Shown: piece by piece, positions 22,428 to 33,536 of the stretch | Position numbering within the stretch: the stretch's first letter is position 1 | Layout of the letters: each line of letters begins with the position of its first letter | Assembly: GCF_001194135.2 (NCBI RefSeq) | Contig: NC_068983.1 | Span: 102,284,638 to 102,341,000, forward strand | Origin: Octopus bimaculoides | Taxonomy: Eukaryota | Length of the DNA: 56,363 nucleotides | Reading direction: 5' to 3' | Program-made: the position numbers and the translations under genes | The notes under the pieces: model-generated | Seen by the model: only the letters and a program-made list of their open reading frames with translations | Told to the model about the DNA's origin: nothing | Databases searched by the model: none

Positions 22428-23825
22428 AGAGCTGATGTAATCGTATTTCCTGAATATGGATTGTTCGGAGTATTTGACATTGGTGCAATGCACAGCCATG
22501 ACTCTATTCATCCGTTCTTAGAAACAATACCTGAGGTAGGACATGCCAAGTGGAACCCGTGCGAAGAAAGAGATTTGGATGAAGATGATTATGTTATCCA
22601 GAAGAAGCTCAGTTGTTTAGCAAGAGATAACAGAATACACATTGTGGCTAGCTTAGGCGAGAAAGCAAGATGCAGCCGCCGAACAAATTATAAATGCCCT
22701 AGCCATAGTTATTTCCATTACAGTAGTACGGTTGTGTTTTCGGAGAAAGGAAATCTCGTAGCCAAGTACCGTAGAAAAGCTTTGTTGAATGAACCATATT
22801 TTGACAGCCCGGATGAATTCAGTATTGCCGTTTTCGAGACTACTCAGAACAAATTTGCCGTAGTGAGTTCTTATGACACAATGTTGAAAGAACCAATAAC
22901 GGAATTATTAGATAAGCGGAAAGTGAAGAACATAATTATTCCCAATGTTTGGCGATCGAATTCACCTTTGCTTAGTAGTGTTCAATGGCACTCTAGTTGG
23001 GCAATTGGAAATGAGGTTAACGTACTAGCTGCTACTATACATGACACAAACATTGGGTCACATGGAAGTGGAATTTACTTCCCATATAGTGAAAGTTCCT
23101 ATTATAACAAACCTGATTCTTCAAGAGGCCACTTAATCATTGAACATGTGAAAATGAATCGTTATTCAAGACCAAAGAAACCAGTCATTCCTTATTTATC
23201 AGTTTCCTTTGGCAAATTCTCGTATCACAGTGTCAAAATGCTCGGTGAAGAAATTCGTTTTAAATTTGTAGATTTGACAAAATACACCGATAATGTAAGC
23301 ATATGTAGTGGTTCTTTCTGTTGTAAAGTAGATTACTCTCCCGAATCTTTAGAAACGGAGAAATATAGCCTGGGGATCTACAAGGGCATGATAAATGCTC
23401 TAGACAGACGCATGTACTTTGAGATCTGCACAGTCATGAATTGTAATAGAATATGCGGGAAGGAAATCTTCTCTGCTAATACATACTTTGCAAGATTTGG
23501 TCTTTCTGGTTATAATTTCACGGCTGATCATATTTATCCACAGGTGGTATTTATGAATAAAGGAGATCAAATTCTTGATGATGTGTGGCAGTATGAACAT
23601 GGCAAAATAAACTCAAAACGTATGTTCAACAATCCCTTGCATTCAGCAACAATGATTGGACGGATCTATAACGAGGACAAATATATTACTACATTTAAGT
23701 CAAGCTTCCCTAGTGAGGACAGGAGAACAAGATCTGACAGAAAGAACGGTGCAGTGTCAAGATTTACTCCCACAGTATTTGTTGTAGTCATGGGGACTAT
23801 CCTTTCAGTACTTAGCTTCTCTTGA
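22428..23825 (+). CDS. Terminal coding exon of a vanin/biotinidase (pantetheinase, nitrilase-superfamily) protein with GPI-type C-terminus; catalytic Lys and Cys substituted
   Basis: Polypyrimidine tract plus CAG acceptor at 22411-22427, phase 0, then 465 codons to TGA at 23823-23825. Family motifs: VIVFPEYG, WNPC, LSCLA, C-x8-CP, GSGIY, C-x3-FCC, YSLG, EIC-x4-C, GRIYNED. The ORF-track ATG at 22407 lies in the acceptor tract and is probably not the start. Confidence 0.93.
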   Translation, partial: RADVIVFPEYGLFGVFDIGAMHSHDSIHPFLETIPEVGHAKWNPCEERDLDEDDYVIQKKLSCLARDNRIHIVASLGEKARCSRRTNYKCPSHSYFHYSSTVVFSEKGNLVAKYRRKALLNEPYFDSPDEFSIAVFETTQNKFAVVSSYDTMLKEPITELLDKRKVKNIIIPNVWRSNSPLLSSVQWHSSWAIGNEVNVLAATIHDTNIGSHGSGIYFPYSESSYYNKPDSSRGHLIIEHVKMNRYSRPKKPVIPYLSVSFGKFSYHSVKMLGEEIRFKFVDLTKYTDNVSICSGSFCCKVDYSPESLETEKYSLGIYKGMINALDRRMYFEICTVMNCNRICGKEIFSANTYFARFGLSGYNFTADHIYPQVVFMNKGDQILDDVWQYEHGKINSKRMFNNPLHSATMIGRIYNEDKYITTFKSSFPSEDRRTRSDRKNGAVSRFTPTVFVVVMGTILSVLSFS

Positions 23826-24004
23826 TCGCAGAACTCATCCGTTTAAAATATAATCTATTTACACACATAGATACACAAATGAGTAGACATATAAATGAAA
23901 TATACATACATACCTGCACACATATACGCACACACACAGATATATGCTACATACACACAAATATATAAGTATATATATATATATGCATGCATGCATATTA
24001 TGTA

Positions 24005-24051
<47 letters not shown>

Positions 24052-24830
24052 ATATATGTCTGTCTGTGTGTGTATATGTATTTTATTAACACCGAGTCCA
24101 TTTAAACGCGTTTTGTTTTGTTTAAACAACACGCCAGGGACACCGGTAATCTCACTATTTATACACATGTATATACTGAAATATATATACATACACATGC
24201 ACACAAACATAAACACACACACATATCACTAGATAAAACGGGATATCTTAATCAGAATATACCCATACAACGACTCATTTCTTCACTCAGTAGGCTAGGG
24301 CATTTTCTAAAGATATGTTAAAAAACAAATAACAAAAACGATTCATTAAAATAGTTTTATATTTTAGAAAAAAAAACCAAAACAATATATGAATTTAATC
24401 GCAAACTTTTATAGCTTTTTTTAAAATTTGCTCCTTACATTTGGAAGATGCGATGATGAAAAACTTTAGACTTTAACTTTTAACAATTAATATGACTGCT
24501 TGTTCAATATACGTTTTTTTAATTTTTTATATAATCTCATATCTTAGAATAATTGATTCATGATGGAAAAAAAAACAAGCAAAAAAAACCCGTTTTAATC
24601 TGCTGTTCAAAGAACAGCCGAATTCACCAGTGTATTATTTTATCGTCAGCAAACTATTCTAAAGGAATTTCTGTTTGCCTATTCAAAAGGAAATCATATA
24701 TATATAATGTATTGAATGTATAAAACTGATATGCTGAAATTGCAGTATCCCACCCCTCTTGCAATATTATAACAAACCGATTTATTGCAATGTTTATATG
24801 TTTATTCAACCACATCAATAGATAATTTCG

Positions 24831-24836
24831 AATAAA
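24831..24836 (+). terminator. Candidate polyadenylation signal for the vanin-like gene
   Basis: AATAAA in AT-rich sequence about 1 kb after the stop. Other AATAAA copies lie further downstream, so this one is not unique. Confidence 0.25.
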
Positions 24837-26621
24837 AAACTTTTGAAATAAAATTTTTGTTAAAGCTCAAATATTTCCCCTCTTAATNNNNNNNNNNNNN
24901 NNNNNNNNNNNNNNNNNNNNNNNNNNNNNNNNNNNNNNNNNNNNNNNNNNNNNNNNNNNNNNNNNNNNNNNNNNNNNNNNNNNNNNNNNNNNNNNNNNNN
25001 NNNNNNNNNNNNNNNNNNNNNNNNNNNNNNNNNNNNNNNNNNNNNNNNNNNNNNNNNNNNNNNNNNNNNNNNNNNNNNNNNNNNNNNNNNNNNNNNNNNN
25101 NNNNNNNNNNNNNNNNNNNNNNNNNNNNNNNNNNNNNNNNNNNNNNNNNNNNNNNNNNNNNNNNNNNNNNNNNNNNNNNNNNNNNNNNNNNNNNNNNNNN
25201 NNNNNNNNNNNNNNNNNNNNNNNNNNNNNNNNNNNNNNNNNNNNNNNNNNNNNNNNNNNNNNNNNNNNNNNNNNNNNNNNNNNNNNNNNNNNNNNNNNNN
25301 NATATATATAATTAAATACACAACCGAAAGAGCTGCTACTAGTTTTATGCTATTATGATACTTGAACAAGCATATTTATAAAATACGCCATGTATCTTAA
25401 AGCAATCTTTCAGGCTCAAAACACACACACACACACACAAAAAGACATGCATACACGTTCATAATTTTTGACTGTTCTACTTTTGCTCGCATGCTTGATT
25501 TTCGTTGCAATATGTTTCAATGTAGTTAGTGTTTCTATTTACCAAATACGCGTGTATGCTTTTAACCTAGCGGCAGACGTCATAGTAGCAGTAAGCTCCA
25601 GGTGAGTCGCGTCCACAACCCGCTGTCCGCAAGCCATTGAATGATATTACGAATACCCTGCTCCAACATATTTACTAGACAAAAGAATTATGCATTTCAA
25701 TTTAATAATAAAATGAGAATAAAATTGTTTGTACTATATTTGGATTCTGTACAGCAATTGACCAATTATTAAGGTTTACTTTTGAAAACCTTTTTGCTGT
25801 TTATATACCTGTATATTTTATTATTCTATGTTTCTGCGTATTTCATTGCATGTAAACATTCGCATAATAAACCGATGTTCTTTTGAAGTACTTTTGCATG
25901 AATTGATCGGACTTACTTGATAGTGATTAAGAAAAGAAAAAGACAAAAAAAAAATGAAACATCAACAAAAGTTCTCACTGGGTATTATTATATAATTATT
26001 AATTGCCCTTGTGGCAAAAAATTTGAAATCATTATATAATTATTAATATAATTACATTTTAACCCAATCTTGAATTTTTTGTTGATAATTTTATTAATTG
26101 TTTGTAGGAGATTCAGAAAATATTTCCACAGATGTAAGACATTTTTCTAGTTCTAGCTAGATAACAATAACTACAATTTCTTTGTGAATAAACCTATTGA
26201 CCTTAAAAAAAAAAACAGTAGAAATCTTATTTCAGCATCATCATCATAATTATAAAGTTTTTTTAACGTTACAATAATATAATAATTATTATTATTGTAG
26301 TATTATTATAACATTTTATTAATCGTTATAATATTTATCATAACGTTTTTCTAAATCGCATCTATTATATTTAAACTATATCCATTTTCTTTGAAGTAAA
26401 GCCTTTTGATATAACTATCTATTTATTATGTGTATTTATTTTATATCAAATTTTTGTTATGACTAGTTGTTTATTGTATAACGTCATACAGCTTAACCTA
26501 GTTTTATATAACTTTGTGCTGTCTTTCCACGCGTTTGTAACCCCTTTGCTTGTTTTTTTTTCTTATATGTGTGAACGGCTTCTTGGTGGCAAATAAAGAA
26601 ATTATCATCAACATCATCACA

Positions 26622-26707
<86 letters not shown>

Positions 26708-27256
26708 TATTATTATTGAGTGAGAGAGCAGTGCATGCCATCAAAATGACACTGGGGTAAAATATACGAAGCCCTGTATACCCATCATGACTACCCGTCT
26801 GATAAGGGTACACTAGACACATGCATCACAACCATATGTGCGCGACATGGTGGTCTCATATCAAGATAAACAGCGCATGACCTCGCAGGTGTCACCCAGT
26901 TAGAATTTTCTTCAGGTCGAGTAGCCCATCCTGCTCAAAAGGTCCCTGAATAAGGGTTGTTTAAGGATGATGAACAAAACACCCATGTTTGCAAAGGTAA
27001 GTTTCCAAACTCCAATGAATGTCTCTCAACACATGACTATGATGTGTTCCCCCACTACTGCTAGTGATCATAGATGCACATATCGTTAGTCACTAAGGGA
27101 CATGCTCAACTGGTTAAGGTCAAGCAACTGACAAGCAAATCTGTGGTATTGAGCAGAATATTTGCTGTAGCCCATCTTTTATACCAAGACAAAACAATGT
27201 ACATGAAAACACTTCCAATCGGTTAGGATTAGAAACTATGAGAGCCACTGCCTGGT
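26622..27256 (-). mobile_element. Family C (AAT)n-tailed retro-element (about 540-bp body, no tRNA head seen)
   Basis: Minus strand starts ACCAGGCAGTGGCTCTCATAG and ends GCACTGCTCTCTCACTC plus (AAT)n. Homologous segments at 27290-27390, 28261-28500, 29929-30092 and 48829-48993. Confidence 0.8.
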
Positions 27257-27390
27257 CATCATCATCATCATCATTATTATTATTATTATTGAGTGAGAGA
27301 GCAAAGCATGCCATCAAAGTGACACTGGGGTAAAATATACGAAGCCCATTATACCCATCATGACTACCCGTCTGATAAGGGTACACCAGG
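27257..27390 (-). mobile_element. 3' end of a second, tandem family C copy, cut by the gap
   Basis: Highly similar but not identical to 26718-26820; its tail abuts the 5' end of the first copy. Confidence 0.8.
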
Positions 27391-27952
27391 NNNNNNNNNN
27401 NNNNNNNNNNNNNNNNNNNNNNNNNNNNNNNNNNNNNNNNNNNNNNNNNNNNNNNNNNNNNNNNNNNNNNNNNNNNNNNNNNNNNNNNNNNNNNNNNNNN
27501 NNNNNNNNNNNNNNNNNNNNNNNNNNNNNNNNNNNNNNNNNNNNNNNNNNNNNNNNNNNNNNNNNNNNNNNNNNNNNNNNNNNNNNNNNNNNNNNNNNNN
27601 NNNNNNNNNNNNNNNNNNNNNNNNNNNNNNNNNNNNNNNNNNNNNNNNNNNNNNNNNNNNNNNNNNNNNNNNNNNNNNNNNNNNNNNNNNNNNNNNNNNN
27701 NNNNNNNNNNNNNNNNNNNNNNNNNNNNNNNNNNNNNNNNNNNNNNNNNNNNNNNNNNNNNNNNNNNNNNNNNNNNNNNNNNNNNNNNNNNNNNNNNNNN
27801 NNNNNNNNNNNNNNNNNNNNNNNNNNNNNNNNNNNNNNNNNNNNNNNNNNNNNNNNNNNNNNNNNNNNNNNNNNNNNNNNNNNNNNNNNNNNNNNNNNNN
27901 NNNNNNNNNNNNNNNNNNNNTTCTTCTTCTTCTTCTTCTTCTTCTTCTTCTT

Positions 27953-28017
<65 letters not shown>

Positions 28018-28030
28018 CATCATTATTATT

Positions 28031-28158
28031 AAGGCGGCGAGCTGGCAGAATCGTTAGCACACCACGTGAAATGCTTAGCGATATTTCGTCTGTCGTTACG
28101 TTATGAGTTTAAATTATTATTATTATTATTATTATTATCATCATCATCATCATCATCA

Positions 28159-28236
<78 letters not shown>

Positions 28237-28486
28237 GGTGGTGAGCTGGCAGAATTGTTAGCGGGATGGGCTACTTGACCTGAAGAAAATTCAAACTGTG
28301 CCCCACCTGCAAGATCATGAGCTGTTTATCTTGATCTGAGATCACCATGTCACGCACAAATGGCTGTGATGCATGTGCCTAGTGTACCCTTATCAGTCGA
28401 GTAATCATGATGGGTGTATTGGGCTTCGTATATTTGTAACCCAGTGTCACATTGATGGCATGCGTTGTTCTCTCACTCACTCAATG

Positions 28487-28562
<76 letters not shown>
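28031..28562 (+). mobile_element. Family A head fragment, (ATT)/(CAT) tract, then a family A/family C chimera
   Basis: GGCGGCGAGCTGGCAGAATCG... at 28031; GGTGGTGAGCTGGCAGAATTGTTAGC joined to GGGATGGGCTACTTGACCTGAAG (family C) at about 28261; (AAT)n tail to 28562. Confidence 0.8.
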
Positions 28563-28563
<1 letters not shown>

Positions 28564-29928
28564 TCCTTTTTTTGTGCAGTGAATTTCGAAGTATACACGA
28601 AGCTATAAATAACAGCCCGTAAATATTTGGTTGAAAAATCCTTTTGGATAGAAAACGTCGAAGGCTTCATGTGTACTTTCGAGAGCCACCGTTTGAAAAA
28701 AAAAAACAAGAAGTATTTCACGTTCTCTCGAAAGTTTATAAATTCTCATGACATAACAACAACAACAACAACAACAACGACGACGGCGATAACAACAACC
28801 GATATATTTTGTGGAAAATATGTAAATAATTCATTTATATTTGAAAAGCATTTTTGCAGTAGGCCAGTTTGTTTATCTATGGTTAATTTCATTTCTTTAC
28901 GTAGCTAAAATCTTTACAACTCTATTCTTGATTTGAAGCCCTGAGAATATACTTTTCATTTAGCTGAACGTTATTTCATATGAAGTCTCTTTAAATCAGA
29001 AAAGAATTTTGAAAATAAACACTTATTTCTTTTCAATTTTCTCTTAATTTCGTAATTAATTAAATTTTGCAAAGCTTTTCAGTTAGTTTTGTATCCCAAA
29101 CTTGTATAAAATCTACTTTGAAACAAGCGTGGCTTTAAATTTGATTTCACATTGTCCAACTGTGACGGTATTGTTTCTTACAGAAAGCGTCTAACAATCT
29201 ATTACTGCAGTTGTCTTTTACTAATATAAGAGAGAAAAAAAGAGAATGATAGAGGAAGAGAGAGACAGACTTATAATATGTGCACAAGTGCGCGTGTGTT
29301 CGTATGTTCTTGCACAAATGTTACACAAACTGTATCAGCTAAGCAAATGACCTTCTCTAAATGCGTTAAAAACATTATAACATATTCAGAAAAACTATTT
29401 AAGAAAATTATCCCCGTCCTCTGAGCATATAAAGACAAATTTAGATGGGACAAAATGAGTAACACAAAACGAAGTAGATTTGCCTCTTCATTTCTCTAGA
29501 ATTACATTTGAGAAAAGACTCGTGCACATCAATATCCATCCTTAGACATCAGAAAGACTAGAAAATCAGCAAAAAGTTTTAATATCTTCAAGAAAATCAT
29601 GGGAAAATGACACATGACACAAAATTAACGAAATTCCACTAAATCTAAAAACTCAACATAAAATATTTTCTATAGCTTATTCACGGTCTCCTGGAGTAGC
29701 TCTCTTCCTGATATATTTATTCACCAAGAAGTTAAAGAGAAGAAATTATTGAAATTAGTCATTACTTATTTTGTCCCAATTTAGACATCATTTTCTGAAA
29801 ATTGAAAATCACATTGTGTAACACGATTTTTGTTCTTGGGTTGCGACTGTAATTTCTTATTTGCTTACCCCTAGAAAATTTGAAAGAAGACTAATATTTC
29901 CTTCAGACTTTGCTTTTGTTACATTTAT

Positions 29929-30092
29929 TCAAACCCCAAAGAATCCCCAACAGCGCACGGTTATGATGCTCTCCCCACTACTCATGCTCATGAATTGAGA
30001 TGCGCATGTTGTCAACCACTAAGGGACATGCTCAAGTGGTTTAAGATAAAGCAACTGAGAAAAAAAATCTGTAGGATTGAGCAGAATATTTT
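29929..30092 (-). mobile_element. Internal fragment of family C
   Basis: CCACTAAGGGACATGCTCAAGTGG...GAGCAGAATATTT matches 27090-27162. Confidence 0.75.
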
Positions 30093-31034
30093 AACGATAT
30101 TTCAGCTTCAGTAACTCAGTAACTCAGTACTGAATCTGTCTCAAATGTAATGGAAAATAGGTCAGTTTCAAAACATTGATGTTTAGGTCACAAAAGCAAA
30201 GTTTGAAGAGAATAGTAGTCATTCCTTTTGATTTCTAGATAGAAGCAAATAGGAAATAAAACTTACTGATCAAAGACAATAAATGAATAAAAAATAAAAA
30301 ACTTTGTTACACAATGTTATCAAATTAGACATTTGTGTGAGAAAAAAACTGACGTCCAACAGAAAAAAGAATATTGATCGTTAAACAAAAAATTACCCAT
30401 GTATTTTATTAGCAACCTCAATTACAATCGGGTCAAAATTGAGAAAAAAGTTCTTGAAAAATGTACCTGTCACCTGACTTTGTTTCAAACTCTCTCAACT
30501 TCAACAACAAGAACTATGCTGACTAATTTTTACTCCCAAAGATGACGAAACAGTACAAAATGGTGGTGCAGTACTTGCAATGCAATGGTTTCAAACAAAC
30601 AGAGAGAAAATAACAAGAAATCAGAAATTACTTATTCTGCCTCTGTTTCCAGTTTTGTCCCACTCCTCTATAGTAATTTCAAGTGTTTGACAAAATGTTG
30701 AAAAATATAGGAAAAAGGAGGAAAAAAAGGTTTGATTTAATGAAAAACATTTAAACATATATGCAGTAGCTCTAAAGCCGAAAAAGAAAATGCTTTTAGC
30801 TGCTGAGAGATGTAATTAAAATTTTGGAACATATTCTTTACTTGATCTTTCGTTAAATAAGACCAAAGTTTTCAACATCTCACTGAAATAATGAAACTTA
30901 GAAGTGACAATATAAGTGTGCGTGTGTGTGCCTTTAATTGCAAGTGGTCAAGCCAAGGTCATTGTTTAGTCATGCATTGAAAGAATTGGAACTAGAGACA
31001 ATAACTTATTTCTGTCAATCTCTTTATCTCTATC

Positions 31035-31148
<114 letters not shown>

Positions 31149-31936
31149 AATACATACATACATTTGTAGTTTTCTTTTTCTCTGTCGTTGTCCTCAAAGT
31201 AGCCACAATTTCCTTAGGAATTGTAGCTGCTTTTGGGACTGGGTAGCAAACTGTCTTTTAATTGAATAAATGGGTAACGTGGAGAAATCTATGGTTATTT
31301 ATCATAAAAGAGAATCCATTACATTTTTTAAGACGGCAAGATATGTTTGTATATTGAAAGGGTGTCCCTTCATGCAAGATTGCTGGGAGGTGGGGCTTCC
31401 CTGTTTTGAGTGCTCCATAATCTCATAATCTTCGTAACAGGAATCTCCCGATATCGAAGGTGGTCCATGACAATCCCCGCTTCGCCCTCCACAAATCCGG
31501 CCCTGAGCGAATGCATGCGTATCTGTACGCGCGTGTGTGGGCTCACACGTATGTGTTACTCGGTGTATAAATTGCTGCTTAAATCACATCGTCTCTGTCC
31601 ACCTGACTATAAATAAAGCTCATTTATAGTACGCTTTCCCTACTTAAAGCAGCGGCAACACTATATAAGCAATGTGTGTTTTTTGTTCAAGTATGATACA
31701 AATCATTATAGAAGCATAAATATCATGGAATTATTAAACGATTTCTCCACTCATGCGCTGATTTCAACGTTACGACAGCAATATTACTGAATTAGCTTTG
31801 AGATTATTTCCTATAGAAACTCGACCCCAGATATGCTCCACTAAGCCTGCATATTTTTGGCACTGGTCGTTCGACAGTAACAATTTATTGCGTATTAATT
31901 ATTGGTTTCGTTACCCACCAGAGTATTTATTTATAG

Positions 31937-32103
31937 GGCGTAGGTATGGCTGTGGGGTTAAGAAGCTCACTTTGCAACAACATGGTTTCAGGTTCAATTC
32001 CATCGCGAGACACCTTGAGCAGGTGTCATTTACTATAACCCCAGGCCTAAACATTCTTATGAGTGAATTCTAGTAGACAAAAAACTGTTTGGAAGCCTGT
32101 CCC

Positions 32104-32158
<55 letters not shown>

Positions 32159-32380
32159 TGTATATGCGTGTGTGTATATCTTTGTCTGCCATCAACACGG
32201 AACATTCGGTGTTGGCTTGCTTACGTCGCCGTAATGTAACGGTTCGGCAAAAGTTACTGACAGAAGTAATTTCTTTAAAACATTAATTACTGAGATCGAT
32301 TTGTTCGACTAAACCTTTGAAGGCAATGTCCCAGTATGGTCGCATTCCATTAATTGAAACAAATAAAAGATAAAGAAAAG
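31937..32380 (+). mobile_element. SINE family D with internal (TA)(TATG) microsatellite
   Basis: GGCGTAGGTATGGCTGTGGGGTTAAGAAG head, GGTTCAATTCC B box, CACCTTGAGCAGGTGTC CORE-like segment, GGTTCGGCAAAAG...GAAACAAATAAAAGATAAAG tail. Confidence 0.85.
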
Positions 32381-33536
32381 TAAAGGGATCGTCATTTTGT
32401 GATCTACCATTAGTCTCCAATTATTCCTTAACTTACACTGTACGTTCGAACAAAAAGAGTTAAGATGTCTTCTTTTGTTACATATTTCCTATTTGAGAAA
32501 TTTTCTGAAATCTTACACTTGATTAAGAATAGAATACTTAAAAATGAACTCGCATTTTCTTAAAGTGCCAGCTAGAATCATACATATTTTCTCAATTGAA
32601 AAATTGCTCTTGTTTCATGAATTAGTGGTTTCCGAAACTGTGTTCATTAAGTCATTATTTAAATTCTTGTTTCTACTCAATTGGAAACCTAAACACAGTT
32701 AGCAAGAATTCTTCCTCAGTTAAGAATCTTGTCGCCTTGCAGTCGGTCGATCGGTTTTGATGTCTGACTATTTTTAACTTGTTACAAATGTCAATATACT
32801 TTTCTTTTTTTCAAAATTTACAACTCATTTCCGTCAAAGGAAATCAATATATATTACAACTAGATCTAAACCAGAAATATTATTCGTATCTAGAGGCATA
32901 ACCACTTCAGATATCGAGATATAAGTTATCAAACTATTAGCATATTAGCCGCATTCCATAGAAGATGAGAGAATCCATCACAGGAAATTTCAATTTCTTT
33001 GTGTTGGTCATCTGATATCAATGAAAAGATTGCACCAATCAACATTACGTACAAGTATGATTGGAGTTTGAAAGAATTTCAAATTTTATACTTGGTAGTG
33101 TCTTCGTTCACCGTCTCATGGCCTCGGTTTCAAATCAGTATTACAAGATTAACGTAGCAGTGGTTATAATTTCATGAATATTTTATCAACTATCAGTGGC
33201 TATGATAATCTGCTAATATATTTAATTGGTGAACCAATGATTGGTTATATGTCGAAACTTATTTACATGTAAATCAGTATTTTACTGTACTTACTTGCAT
33301 AGACTGTGCTTAAAAAAAGTAACCTAATTCATTTGATGGATTTCCTGGTTTAAAAGAACAAAATAAATGTATTTTCTTCATCTCTCAAAAAACATATGCT
33401 GTTGTAGTGATGATAATAAGGATAAAAAATAAAGATGATGATAGTGATGATGATCATAATCACAATGACGACCACAACGAGGAGGTGGAAGAAGAGTATA
33501 ATGACAACAATGATACTATTTGAAGTAGTACATAAA

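Noticed and set aside
31430-31520. Minus-strand HSLRAGF resembling a tyrosine-recombinase box
   Set aside because: Isolated 7-residue match with no upstream Arg box or downstream His/Tyr in register.
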